Part shown: positions 1 through 11,799 of the stretch, one piece after another
Position numbering within the stretch: the stretch's first letter is position 1
Layout of the letters: every line of letters starts with the position of its first letter
Origin: Phoronis australis
Lineage: Eukaryota > Animalia > Phoronida
Direction: 5' to 3'
DNA length: 64,000 nucleotides
NCBI GenBank assembly: GCA_002633005.1
Contig: NMRA01000717.1
Coordinates: 87,496 to 151,495, forward strand
Position numbers and translations under genes: made by a program
The notes under the pieces: model-generated
What the model was told of the DNA's origin: nothing
The model's input: only the letters and a program-made list of their open reading frames with translations
Database searches by the model: none

Positions 1-209
1 TTTAAACCCGCCACTGATTAAGATTAAAATTCCCATCTAGCTAGGACTGTGTAGAGTGTCACAAAAAACTTTTGGTGAATTTTCCAGTATTTGCAGACAA
101 GTAATCTTCCCTTGAAAAATGGAAGAAAAGCAATTGTGGCAATTCAAAAATAAGTTTTTTTTGTGTGGGGCATCATTGGAGAATTACCATGGTGTACGCG
201 TAAACTTAC

Positions 210-295
210 CCATGCCAGACCAGTCAACAAGGATAACTTGACTTGAAACCGACCAAATCCAATTTTGTCCATGGCTTGTTCCACTGTGAAGGTCA
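210..295 (-). CDS. SVOP: SVOP (SV2-related MFS transporter), coding exon; the gene continues beyond the left edge
   Basis: Translation TFTVEQAMDKIGFGRFQVKLSLLTGLAW closely matches the recalled SVOP N-terminal motif ([27 protein letters not shown]). Minus-strand acceptor ccag and donor GTAAGT are present. Confidence 0.85.
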
Positions 296-927
296 CTGGA
301 ATACAAGCACTCATTAAAAAATCTGTAGAGTGCAAATTTGAATGGCATTCTGCGGAATTGCATGGCACCGTTTCGATTGTGATTGGTGGCAAGTTGACTA
401 TACATGTGTCTGACAACAAACAAAATCTTTCCAACTGGGCTCTTCGCGAAGCACTTAAGTTCTTGCAATCACAAAGAACAAAAACCCTTTATCCCTGCCT
501 GCCTGCACTTACACAAAATGGTATTATTTCCCTTTTCTTCTGTTGTATTTCAACCAATTTTTGCCAATCAAAGGATAAAAGTTCAATTTTCTTGTGACGG
601 ATTTATTTTTTATAGTCTGCAGCACCTAAATTGGATGAAATTTTACAATATTTCCTCAAACACGCAGCAAATATCACTGTCACCCATCTCTTGTTGTTCC
701 CATAGCTACTACTAATGCCCAAACAAAAGAAGTCTATGGTATAAGTTCAGGTGCTGAGGTAAGTAGCTATTATAGGCCAAAGTAGGAAGCATTCATACTT
801 GCTGGCTGGGAAAATGAAGAGCCTTTTATTAAAAAGTTTAAATTAGTTGCAGGCAAAGCTTTAATTACAATACAGGCACCTTATTAAGAATGATATGACC
901 ACATAACTAGCAAGACACTATAATTAC

Positions 928-1147
928 CTTCTTGGTCCCGTTGATCATTTGCTTGAGCACTGGCATCAGCTTCATCCCTAAAGTCAAAGTCATTATTTCC
1001 ACCCTCCTCAAATGGAACATTTGCAGCCTCCAATACACTGACTAGGCCCAAGTCATAATGTTCTTGTTTTTTTCTTTTCCGATTAGAACCTTTTGAAAAC
1101 CTCCGGTAATTAACCTTTTCACCTTTGTCGTTTATTGTCATGTACAT
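928..1147 (-). CDS. SVOP: Probable first coding exon of the SVOP-like gene (basic then acidic cytosolic N-terminus)
   Basis: ORF MYMTINDKGEKVNYRR...NDQRDQE ends at a phase-1 donor (AAG|GTAATT) that joins in frame (G+TG=Val) to the 210-295 exon. Confidence 0.6.
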
Positions 1148-2014
1148 TTTAGTCTTATAGTGAAACTACAATAGCCACCAGGGATCTAGCTAGCCTTAGC
1201 ACAAAATTAAGTTGACACTTGTCTTCATGTAACTAGCTAGCTACTAGGGATCACTGTTCGGCCTGGAAACCGGAAGCTAACCATGCACCTAAGGCCCGAA
1301 CCAACACACAGGGGTTACAGTATGCAGTGTCAATAGGTAAAAACGTTGCTGTAAGAGTGGCAACCGTCTCAGTCTTAACGCAAGTCTGGCATTGAGTTGT
1401 AAATCTCAAGTGCTGTTCGTTCCGAGTCCTGACTCACGCCGGATATCAACTGACGAAACCGAATCTTAGCAGCTAGGCAAATTTGTTGAGACTTTAGCTT
1501 CAGTTTTAGCTTCAGTGCCGTGGTGTCACAAGGCAGTGGGTATTCTTAACTCAACAACCCTCGCGACAAACATAAGCCAAAGCAAAGACAACTTCAATGT
1601 TCTTCAGTCACAGCCACAGCCGCGGTGAACGCCGCATGGGCTTATTCTCGACTGATCCAGTCTTTGTCGATACTATCTAACTTGGAAATCTGCGCGACTA
1701 AACATAAACACGTCAAGGGGAGAACACGTCTACGATTTGGACATCTTCGTTTTCTAGCAGCGGAGGTGCGACACTGTGACTCAATGACTAATGTCTGTGA
1801 CCAAGTTCAGTACTGTCTGAGTGTGAGGGTGACAGCAGACGAAATGGCGCGCAACAGCGCTGAAAGGCGCTCGGGACGAATCGGTATTGACCGCAGTCGT
1901 TGGCTTCCTTCTCTGAGTTCTATTATAGGACCAACTGATATTTTTTTTAAAGTAAGTGATTACTCTGTCTCTATTCCATCGAAGTCTCTTCAGAGCCCAG
2001 GACCGCCTTGGCGG

Positions 2015-3357
2015 CCACTCAAAGGATGATTGTGAAAATTGGCACGTATGTTCTGACTATGTGGACGGCTGACGATGATTTTCCGACGATTTTGAGTACT
2101 GTGGCGCCGCCTAGTGACAGTTTTTTTTGCTCCTATGACCATCGTCTAAATTGTTCGAAGGATCTTTACTAAATTTAGTAAGTGTATTTATATGATGTTG
2201 GCAGTTGACGACAACGACTTTCTGACGGACCTGACTACTGGTGTGCAACCTAGTGGCAATTTCAATGTTTACGTTTACCTCTGTATGTTCAAAGGTCCTC
2301 AACGTATTTTCATAAAATTTGGCACTGAGGCATCTGTTAATGAGGTGACGCTGTCTCTCCGTTTTCAGATGGATTCGACCTAGTTTGCGCCACCTAGTGG
2401 CCACTTTTACTGTTTTCGAGTATGTTTTTTGGCATCCACTCGTCTATCAACCAAATCTTTCAGGATAACTGTGAAAATTGGCATGTGTGTTTCTAATATG
2501 AAGTGGATGACTGACAATGTTTTTCCGACGAGTTCGACTACTGTGACACCTCCTAGTGGCAGTTTTGTTTTTTTTTGCGCTCATCGCTGTATCTCCTAAA
2601 CCGTTTGCAGGATCTTTACGTAATTTAGCAAGTGTATTTATATGATGTTGACAACAGACAACGACGACTTTTGGACAGATCTAACTTTTGGTGTACCCGC
2701 CCTAGTGGCAATTTTAGCTTTTATGTTTACCAGTCTGTATTTTCAAAGGTCCTCAACAGATTTTCATAAAATTTTGAATATAGGCATCTATTGGTGAGAT
2801 GACGCTATCGTCGTGTTTTCGGATAGAATTGAGTTATTTTGCGCCATCTGGTGGCCATTTTTGTTGTTTACAAATCTTGTTTTTGTCGTTCACCCCTCGA
2901 TCAACCAAATCATTCTGGGGATGGTTTTGAAAATTGGCCTATATGTTTTCAGTGTGAAGAGGACGTTTGATGATGGCGACTGACTACTGTGGCGCCTCCT
3001 AGTGGTAGTTTTGTTTTGGTTTTCGCCCATAACTGTATCTCCAAAACCCACTGGCAGGATCTTTATTATATTTAGTAAGTGAATTTATGTGAAGATAACA
3101 GACGATGACTGTCAGGCGGATCTAATGGACGCTGTGCCCACAAGTGTCAATTTCATTTTGTTCTGTTTTCCTTTGTTTCCCTGAAGTTCCTTGACAGATT
3201 TTATGAAATATGGCATGATCCCGTTGTTGGATAGAGTTTACGTTTTTGCGCCATCTAGTGGCCATTTTTATGATACAAATAAATAACCCTAAGAGCACGC
3301 CATTTGCGAGTGCGATGCATTCGTGGGCGCATTTCAACGCTCCGCGTTGCTCTTGTT
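2015..3357 (+). mobile_element. Helentron-associated (HINE/DINE-1-like) non-autonomous element, 5'-truncated, with an internal array of ~148-bp diverged units
   Basis: Reverse complement of 41629-43357. The 3' end has subterminal repeat GTGGGCGCAT, palindrome CAACG-ctccg-CGTTG and terminal CTTGTT. Internal units recur about every 140-155 bp. Confidence 0.7.
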
Positions 3358-4569
3358 TGTTACGTTAGGTCACAACACATCACCCGTTAGAGGAAGCTGG
3401 GTATGTACCTTAAAGTGGAATTATCTCAGTGTACGATGCCATAGATTTCAGGATCTTTCGAACAAAATCAGAGAAAAAAAATAGAATAATTGCAGGCGGT
3501 CTGATACACGTTGTACCAGACGTGCGCAGGCCTAGGCTGTGGGCCCATTGCACTGATCACCTTGAAATATTTTTATCACAAAACATTCACCGGTATTATA
3601 TTTTGTAGTCTGCTAAAATCCGCCAAATGAAAAGTAGATCACAAGTGCCCGTAGCCATAGGACTCCCGAGTAAAGTAGGTCGAGTCGATAGCACTGTTTA
3701 CGCTTTTCTAATCTTCCAACGAAATATTTCGATTAAATAAACTCAGATTTAAAGCTCACGTACCCACTCATCTTGTCCAAGGCAAGCAGTTAGCTCCGGT
3801 AGGTCAGGGATGTGTCTAAGTCAAATTAATGCACGTAATTACACCATTAAGACATTTAAGCTAGGTTTTGGTGAACTTCGCATTTTTCTGTAGTTCCACT
3901 GCATAAAGGTAGCTTGCACTTATTTCTAAACGTAGCATGATCATTAAACTGTGGCATGGTTACAAAAAATGACAAGTTTGGTGTATTGGAAAAATGGCTA
4001 TTTACAAAAATATCTCAAATTCCTTTTTTAAAGCTTCATATAAATATCATGTTTTAATTACTTCAACATGAGCTCTCTGTAACTCTACAGGCGAAGTATA
4101 TACTAGAGGTTCTCATCAAAAGATAATTCAACTGTTTATATTTTTTCGTGACAACAGCTCGAACAAGGCTTTGAGTTCAGTTATCCAGTGCCCCTTCCTG
4201 TCTTCGGTGCCGATCGAATCTCTCAATTTTGGAAAATAATTTCAGTTGAACGCAAGTTTACGGGTATATAAATGACAAAAAATGTACCTCTGCTACTAAA
4301 CAAAACGATGTCTATGGGTCAAAATACTGAAAAATAGCAAAAATATTAAAAAAAAATTTCCAGGGACTATCGCTAGATTCTAGTGCTGAGATCCAGCAGG
4401 TGCCGAGACAATTAAAGTCCTTCTCTCACGCGTTGTTAACCCTTATTACATGGTTAGAGGATGTTATAAGGATCCAAGAAGTACCTACCCCGGCATAACT
4501 AATACACGATCCGTACTCGAAAAAAGTTTAAATGAACGCGCCACTCACGATTCGCACCCGAAGAACCAC

Positions 4570-5136
4570 NNNNNNNNNNNNNNNNNNNNNNNNNNNNNNN
4601 NNNNNNNNNNNNNNNNNNNNNNNNNNNNNNNNNNNNNNNNNNNNNNNNNNNNNNNNNNNNNNNNNNNNNNNNNNNNNNNNNNNNNNNNNNNNNNNNNNNN
4701 NNNNNNNNNNNNNNNNNNNNNNNNNNNNNNNNNNNNNNNNNNNNNNNNNNNNNNNNNNNNNNNNNNNNNNNNNNNNNNNNNNNNNNNNNNNNNNNNNNNN
4801 NNNNNNNNNNNNNNNNNNNNNNNNNNNNNNNNNNNNNNNNNNNNNNNNNNNNNNNNNNNNNNNNNNNNNNNNNNNNNNNNNNNNNNNNNNNNNNNNNNNN
4901 NNNNNNNNNNNNNNNNNNNNNNNNNNNNNNNNNNNNNNNNNNNNNNNNNNNNNNNNNNNNNNNNNNNNNNNNNNNNNNNNNNNNNNNNNNNNNNNNNNNN
5001 NNNNNNNNNNNNNNNNNNNNNNNNNNNNNNNNNNNNNNNNNNNNNNNNNNNNNNNNNNNNNNNNNNNNNNNNNNNNNNNNNNNNNNNNNNNNNNNNNNNN
5101 NNNNNNNNNNNNNNNNNNNNNNNNNNNNNNNNNNNN
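4570..5136. other. Assembly gap (N run)
   Basis: Run of n. Other N runs lie at 8619-9360 and 47939-47975. Confidence 1.
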
Positions 5137-5345
5137 GGGGGGGGGGGTTGGAATTTTTGAGAATGTCTATCTTTTACTATAAGATTCAGTGGGTATGTTC
5201 AGAACTATGACTTGCAGACGCTAAATTTTGGTACTTCCTGTCTTCTAGTGGAATTTTGTCTCATTTTCTACTTTTTTGGAATTCGGGCTTCTCTGACTGA
5301 GGCAGACCTTTTTCCAGTTCTCCAAAAATGGAGCTCGTTAGAGCA
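5137..5345 (+). repeat. Copy of a short interspersed MITE-like family (other copies ~33648-33870, 44097-44304, ~45436-45643)
   Basis: Shares GAATTT..GA..GT..A.CTTTTACTA.AGATTCA..GGGTATGTTCAGA.CTATGA and GACCTTTT...CCAAA..GG.GCTCG with the 44097 copy. That copy has terminal inverted repeats CATGCACGCAACCAG / CTAGCTGCGCGCATG. Confidence 0.6.
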
Positions 5346-5962
5346 CATAAGTATGAGAAGTCCAAAGCAAAATGTTATCATTTTTATTCATTAACCCAAA
5401 ATGATTCAAACTTTTAACATAGTACGAAACTTAAAATGCACAATACTTTACAACATTTAGCATTATAAACACTATTCAACAGCAAGTTTCCATGATATCA
5501 AAGTTGACATACATGTAACTATTACCATGGTGACGGAATAGTGTTTCCTTACACCAGAATGTGACAAGCATCATTTAAAAAAATATGAAGTTGCAAGGAA
5601 CAAGAATTAGAGGCTTGAAGCTTCACAATCCAACATAGCTTATTTCTCAAATTCAGATTATTCAATGTTGACTTAATAACCTGAGTTAAGAAGCAATAAG
5701 TTACAAAACATGACTTGAAAGCAACTGAGACTTAAAATTTAGAAAAATATGAATCATTCTGTGACACCGAATCAAGTCCTGAACAGCAGTTGACAGTCAA
5801 ACAAAAAACCATTTCAAAATTATTTCAACTATTTTTTTAGTTTAGTGTAAGATCACCTGAATGGGAAATTTACAGTAAAATAATTCGAATACATCTTATA
5901 TTTTTGCTCAAAAAAACCCCGAAAATTGAACAAAGTTTCTTTTTTGTAGCAACGTTTGTCAA

Positions 5963-6408
5963 ATGTATCAACGTTAAATCTTCCCAAATTACAAAGTAGC
6001 CAATTGAACATGCCTTTCAGTTCAGCAAAAGTCGCCATGTTGTCGGTGCCGCCAGAAATGAGACGAAGTCCAACGGGAATTGTGAGCACATTTATCACTT
6101 AATGAGTATCAACTGCGAGGCTGAAATTTGGTGAACACTGTTAAATCGTGCAGAATAGTAAGTAAAGATATGTCTAACTAAATTTNATGTATCAACGTTA
6201 AATCTTCACAAATTACAAAGTAGCCGATTGAACATGCCTTTCAGTTCAGCAAAAGTCACCATGTTGTCGGTGCCGCCAGAAATGAGACGAAGTCCAACGG
6301 GAATTGTGAGCACATTTATCACTTAATGAGTAACAACTGCGAGGCTGAAATTTGGTGAAAACTGTTAAATCCTGCAGAATAGTAAGTAAAGATATGTCTA
6401 ACTAAATT
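5963..6408. repeat. ~222-bp tandem duplication joined by a single n (probable assembly overlap of two haplotypes)
   Basis: 5963-6185 is nearly identical to 6187-6408, with n at 6186. Confidence 0.8.
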
Positions 6409-7196
6409 TCACCATAACATGTTGGCGAAAACAATTCACACAAAGTTTTAAACTCATAACTTATCCCGCTGTCCTCCAATATGGCCGACGCGATCCAAAC
6501 AAAGTGACCCAAATTTCGCCACAAAACTTGCAATAACTTTACACTGCTTGCCTCGATTTTGATAGTTTTTCGATTTTTACTGAGTAGAATGCACTGGCTT
6601 TCCGATGATAGCAAAGTACTTTTGCAAAACGAGAAAAAAAGTAAAACCCCAAAAAATTGGTTCGACCAATATTGGTTCCTAGGTTCGACCGGCCTACGTA
6701 ACGAGAAAAAAAAGTAAAACCCCAAAAAATTGGTTCGACCCATATTGCTTCCTAGGTTCGACCGGCCTACGTAAGGAACTAAACACCAATGCTATTTTAA
6801 CATATTAAGTACGCGTAACATTCAAAAAAATCAACGACCACTAACTACAGACTATAAATACACTAATACTAATTGCTAATAAAACAAAATAATGAAGACT
6901 TTTCGAACAAGCGATAGCACATTCAGTTACAAGGAAAAAATGGCGGCGTTCAGGACAAGTTCCTGAACTGATGAGCCGGAAATGTGGGTACGGAAATAAC
7001 CGATGACAGCCGGTAATTATACGCTCACAGAGAAGGGTCAAATACTATTAAAAATCGCTTTTGGCAAGAAAGGCGAAAAGAATATAAAGAAAGGTTGTCG
7101 AAAATAAGAATTTATGTAGTAAGTATTTTCGGATACTGGAACCACATGTGCAGTTTGAGAGCAGGACTTTAATAAAGATGTTGAACAACACTTCAG

Positions 7197-7419
7197 CTGT
7201 ACTGGCAACACATCGGCGTGAGGGATGGAGACATTAGGGATATCGGAAAAGATGGTGAGAGCGTCGCCTCTAGGCATAACGTGATAGCAGACGATAAAGA
7301 AGAGACATACACCGTAGAGATAGTGAAGGTTGCGCGCGAGGACGAGGGTAACTACTCGTGCTGGATTCAGGTTGCTATGTACAAGTTTTTGGCTGAAAAG
7401 GTGGATTTCCAAGTGACAG
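7197..7419 (+). CDS. Mosaic extracellular protein, exon: C-terminal part of an Ig-like domain
   Basis: ttcag| LYWQHIGVRDG...YTVEIVKVAREDEGNYSCWIQV...DFQVT |GTGGGT. Contains the Ig C-strand Trp and the D-x-G-x-Y-x-C motif; ends in phase 1. Confidence 0.75.
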
Positions 7420-7616
7420 GTGGGTTATCAGTAAAGTAGTTGTGCAAGTATGAATTGCTGATCCGCACGAATTCATAGCCATAACGTTAAATCGTCGTGA
7501 AAGACCGTCCGGAGTTGGTATATGCTGCAACTCCAGACGGTCTGGTCTCAACAGAAAACCACACTTCAATTGTGAGTCTACACCAATGTGATAAACGAGA
7601 GTTGCTTTACTTGCAG

Positions 7617-7754
7617 CGCCACTATTGGTTTCCCGTTTATTATTTTACGCGAGTTATTCGTTTGACTATTTTTGTTAGTCCTTCCGGTTTCGCCATTTGC
7701 GATAAATAAACACAAGTATTTTGAGTTCACACATTTACTCTCATTTTACTGGCG
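7617..7754 (+). repeat. 5' LTR (138 bp)
   Basis: CGCCACTATTGG...CATTTTACTGGCG, repeated at 11662-11799; contains AATAAA. Confidence 0.9.
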
Positions 7755-7765
7755 TGGCGGCAGCG
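7755..7765 (+). promoter_or_regulatory. Primer binding site, tRNA-Leu-like
   Basis: TGGCGGCAGCG immediately follows the 5' LTR. It has one mismatch to TGGTGGCAGCG, the complement of the recalled 3' end of eukaryotic tRNA-Leu. Confidence 0.65.
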
Positions 7766-7780
7766 TGTTCTTAACGAACC

Positions 7781-8618
7781 ATGGCTAAGGCACCCAAGCA
7801 GTGGTGTCTGACGAAATCCGAAACTATAAACTCCTTCGACAATTGGAGACATAATATAACCTATGTTTTATCGCTGGACGCTAACTTTGCTGACTTTTTG
7901 CAAGGCGATTTTACTTGGGACAAGGCAAAGGTTCCTCTACGAGGGTTGTTCAATGACCCGGACACTGTTCCTGAGGCGCGGCGCCGAACTGCCGCCCAAA
8001 AACTAACTCATCTGAACTTAATGTTGGGACAAATCGCGAATTTTTGTCCAGTTATTTCACGTAACACCATCATTAAGCAGTCAACATCGCTTGCCTCTAT
8101 CTGGCAAACCATACGTGCTCACTATGGGTTCCAAACCTCGGGTGGACACTTTTTGGACTTTGCTGAAATACGCCTTCTTCCCGATGAGCGTCCGGAGGAC
8201 TTATACCAACGCATTATGGCATTTATTGAGGACAATCTTCTTGGTCCTGACAATACTATACTACACCATGGGTTACCCATCACTGACGAAGACGAAATGT
8301 CTCCCACCCTTGAAAACCTAGCTGTCCTGACGTGGCTCCGCCTCGTAAACCCCGGACTTCCACGTCTCGTACAACAGCGTTATGGTCCCGAGCTGAGATC
8401 CAAGACCCTGGCTTCTATCAAACCTGACATCTCCCAGTCTCTACAGGCTCTACTTGACGAACTCCAGTCATTAGAAGACGCCAAAGTCATGAGATCGGCC
8501 TCTGCTCCCCGTCGTACCCCATCTCTTCCCAGCCGTCGACCAACCAAGAGTTGCGCTCTTTGTAAACAGGCCCGCCGGTCGCAGTTCGATCATTACCTGT
8601 CCCAGTGCCCGTTTCTGC
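7781..8618 (+). CDS. gag: Retrotransposon gag-like ORF, truncated by the gap
   Basis: Open frame MAKAPKQWCLTKSETINSF... starts just after the PBS and ends in a C-x2-C-x9-H-x4-C zinc-knuckle-like motif (CALCKQARRSQFDHYLSQC). Confidence 0.85.
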
Positions 8619-9362
8619 NNNNNNNNNNNNNNNNNNNNNNNNNNNNNNNNNNNNNNNNNNNNNNNNNNNNNNNNNNNNNNNNNNNNNNNNNNNNNNNNNN
8701 NNNNNNNNNNNNNNNNNNNNNNNNNNNNNNNNNNNNNNNNNNNNNNNNNNNNNNNNNNNNNNNNNNNNNNNNNNNNNNNNNNNNNNNNNNNNNNNNNNNN
8801 NNNNNNNNNNNNNNNNNNNNNNNNNNNNNNNNNNNNNNNNNNNNNNNNNNNNNNNNNNNNNNNNNNNNNNNNNNNNNNNNNNNNNNNNNNNNNNNNNNNN
8901 NNNNNNNNNNNNNNNNNNNNNNNNNNNNNNNNNNNNNNNNNNNNNNNNNNNNNNNNNNNNNNNNNNNNNNNNNNNNNNNNNNNNNNNNNNNNNNNNNNNN
9001 NNNNNNNNNNNNNNNNNNNNNNNNNNNNNNNNNNNNNNNNNNNNNNNNNNNNNNNNNNNNNNNNNNNNNNNNNNNNNNNNNNNNNNNNNNNNNNNNNNNN
9101 NNNNNNNNNNNNNNNNNNNNNNNNNNNNNNNNNNNNNNNNNNNNNNNNNNNNNNNNNNNNNNNNNNNNNNNNNNNNNNNNNNNNNNNNNNNNNNNNNNNN
9201 NNNNNNNNNNNNNNNNNNNNNNNNNNNNNNNNNNNNNNNNNNNNNNNNNNNNNNNNNNNNNNNNNNNNNNNNNNNNNNNNNNNNNNNNNNNNNNNNNNNN
9301 NNNNNNNNNNNNNNNNNNNNNNNNNNNNNNNNNNNNNNNNNNNNNNNNNNNNNNNNNNNNCC

Positions 9363-11540
9363 CGTGTTATTCCTCATTGTTCTCAGTATTTGTCTCCACT
9401 TGATGATGCGATTTCCGGCCAAGACTCCAAAGATAAGATATCATGGTCTGATGAATTGTCTGCAGCTTTTACTTCCGCGCAGAGTGCCCTGTCCACGAAC
9501 AAGATCATCACCCTCCCTCGTCCCGACGATCACATTTGGATTGTTACTGACGCTTCTGCAAAGCATCCTGGCATAGCTGCTACTTTATATGTCACCAGGT
9601 CCGATAAACCTCGTATCGCCTCTTTCTTCAGTGCCAAACTTAAAGCCCGTCAAGTTCTTTGGCTTCCTTGCGAGATAGAGGCTCTGGCCATTGCTGTTGC
9701 TTTGAAACACTTCAGCCCCTACCTCATACAGTCGATCCATCGGGCCACTGTTCTTACTGACAGCAAGCCATGCGTACAGGCCTTTGAGCGTTTGTGTAGA
9801 GGAGAGTTTTCTGTGAGCCCCAGGGTATCCACATTTCTGTCTGCTGTTTCGAGGTTCCAGGCGTCTATCCGCCATGTATCTGGGGCTTCAAACATTGTCT
9901 CGGATTTCGCTAGTCGTCATAGTGCGGAATGCACTGATCAGTCGTGCCAACTCTGCTCCTTCATTTCCTCGACCGAGGAGTGCGTGGTTTTACGTACGTC
10001 ATCTGACGACATCTTGTCCGGCACTACAAGACTTCCATTTACATCACGATCAGCGTGGCATGGAATTCAGGCTGAATGTGCTGACTTACGCCGCACTCAT
10101 GCTCACCTCACCCAGGGTACCCGACCAAGCAAGAAGGTAACCGATGCCAGAGATGTGAAGCGATACCTGAATGTTGCCAAAGTCGCCAATGATGGCTTAC
10201 TGGTCGTTCGTCGCGATGCTCCTCTTTCATCTGGACGCGAGTGCATCATCGTTCCACGTTCCGTATTGGATGGTCTCCTTACAGCTTTGCATCTTCGCTT
10301 AGATCATCCCTCAGCAAACCAACTACGCCTCGTTATCCGTCGTTATTTCTACGCCCTAGACGTAGATGCTGCAGTTGATAGATGTACACAGTCTTGTCAT
10401 CAGTGTTGCTCCCTGCGTGCGTTCCCCAAAACCCAGGTCAGCCAAGAAACCTTGGATCCTCCCCCCGCCGTAGGTGTATCCTTTGCTGCGGATGTCATGA
10501 AACGCGATCGACAGGACATCCTTGTGCTTCGTGAGTGCGTGTCATCATACACACTTGCGCGCATTATTGACAGCGAACGGGCTGAGAGTTTGCGAGATAA
10601 TCTCCTCCAGATGTGTATTGAGCTTCGACCCTTGGATGGTCCCCCTGCCGTGATTCGCACTGATCCTGCTCCTGGATTTCAGGCTCTCCGCAACGATGAA
10701 ATTCTTAAGCGCCACAGATTGATGCTAGAGATAGGGCGAGTTAAGAACCCCAACCACAACCCTGTTGCAGAGAAGGCGGTTCGCGAATTGTCTGATGAGT
10801 TGCTGAAAGATCACTTGGGTAATGGGAAAGTCACTCCCTTACAACTGTCCCTTGCTGTTGCTCGGCTCAATAGCCGTCTACGCTCCAGAGGATTATCTGC
10901 ACGTGAAATTTGGTTCCAACGTGATCAGTTTACTAATGCGCAGTTACCCATCGATGACCAATCTATGATTCATGCTCAACATCAGGGCCGCATAAAGAAC
11001 CATGAATCTAGCGTGAAATCGAAAGCCCCTTTACGAAAGGCCCCTCCTTCATGCCGTGCAAATGTGGGAGACTTGGTGTACCTCTATTCTGACCGAGACA
11101 AAACACGATCTCGTCCTCGCTATCTCGTGGTCAGCCGGGATGACACCTGGTTGAATGTCCAGAAGTTCATTGGGAATCAGTTGCGATCTACATCCTATCG
11201 CGTAAAGGACACCGAATGTTACAAGGTCCCTTCAGAGACACCTTCACTTTACGGTCCAGTTACCCACGACCTCACCGATGATGAAGAAGATCATGTCCCT
11301 CGATTAATGCTCCCATTAGCAACCCAGCCTGCACCTCAGTTACCACCTTCTAGTGTGTCTGATGTTCTTCCTGGAGTAAACCTGAGTCAACCTTCCCACA
11401 CCTCGAATGATGTTGTTCCTACCAATGATGCGGGTCATACTAGCAGCGGTACACTTGACGTGACGGGAGACGTTCCTTTGCGACGCTCTTCCAGGACCAA
11501 ACGTCCTCCAACCTACCTTCAGGATTTTGTGGTTGATTAA
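9363..11540 (+). CDS. pol: Retrotransposon pol C-terminal part: RT connection, RNase H, integrase
   Basis: RNase H motifs WIVTDAS / CEIEALAI / VLTDSKP / NIVSDFASR. Integrase HHCC (LHLRLDHP...CHQC) and D,D35E (FAADV, IRTDP, 35 residues, then E of AEKAV). Uninterrupted frame. Confidence 0.93.
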   Translation, partial: RVIPHCSQYLSPLDDAISGQDSKDKISWSDELSAAFTSAQSALSTNKIITLPRPDDHIWIVTDASAKHPGIAATLYVTRSDKPRIASFFSAKLKARQVLWLPCEIEALAIAVALKHFSPYLIQSIHRATVLTDSKPCVQAFERLCRGEFSVSPRVSTFLSAVSRFQASIRHVSGASNIVSDFASRHSAECTDQSCQLCSFISSTEECVVLRTSSDDILSGTTRLPFTSRSAWHGIQAECADLRRTHAHLTQGTRPSKKVTDARDVKRYLNVAKVANDGLLVVRRDAPLSSGRECIIVPRSVLDGLLTALHLRLDHPSANQLRLVIRRYFYALDVDAAVDRCTQSCHQCCSLRAFPKTQVSQETLDPPPAVGVSFAADVMKRDRQDILVLRECVSSYTLARIIDSERAESLRDNLLQMCIELRPLDGPPAVIRTDPAPGFQALRNDEILKRHRLMLEIGRVKNPNHNPVAEKAVRELSDELLKDHLGNGKVTPLQLSLAVARLNSRLRSRGLSAREIWFQRDQFTNAQLPIDDQSMIHAQHQGRIKNHESSVKSKAPLRKAPPSCRANVGDLVYLYSDRDKTRSRPRYLVVSRDDTWLNVQKFIGNQLRSTSYRVKDTECYKVPSETPSLYGPVTHDLTDDEEDHVPRLMLPLATQPAPQLPPSSVSDVLPGVNLSQPSHTSNDVVPTNDAGHTSSGTLDVTGDVPLRRSSRTKRPPTYLQDFVVD

Positions 11541-11661
11541 GTGTTATGGTATCCTCCCTGGACTTTGATGGTACCGATCCTAGTTCAAGTGTATTACATG
11601 TATTGTGCTATTTTTTCTTAGGACTGATAAGTGTTACTTCAAAGGACTTAAAGAGACATTA

Positions 11662-11799
11662 CGCTACTATTGGTTTCCCGTTTATTATTTTACGCGAGTT
11701 ATTCGTTTGACTATTTTTGTTAGTCCTTCCGGTTTCGCCATTTCCGATAAATAAACACAAGTATTTTGAGTTCACACATTTACTCTCATTTTACTGGCG
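11662..11799 (+). repeat. 3' LTR (138 bp)
   Basis: Copy of 7617-7754, preceded by purine-rich AAAGGACTTAAAGAGA (PPT-like). Confidence 0.9.

Larger units (their letters stand above)
7617..11799 (+). mobile_element. Ty3/Gypsy-type LTR retrotransposon (gag, RNase H, integrase), recent insertion
   Basis: Two 138-bp direct repeats differing at 2 positions, a PBS, gag and pol ORFs in RH-INT order, and a flanking CAG (or GCAG) duplication. Confidence 0.93.

Noticed and set aside
1625-2029. 134-aa ORF with a GTAAGT donor near 1952 as a possible first exon of the mosaic gene
   Set aside because: It has no signal peptide or recognisable motif, so it cannot be supported from sequence alone.
4450-9576. 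Long ORFs 4450-5160, 4532-5182, 8487-9422 and 8605-9576
   Set aside because: Their length comes from reading through N gaps.
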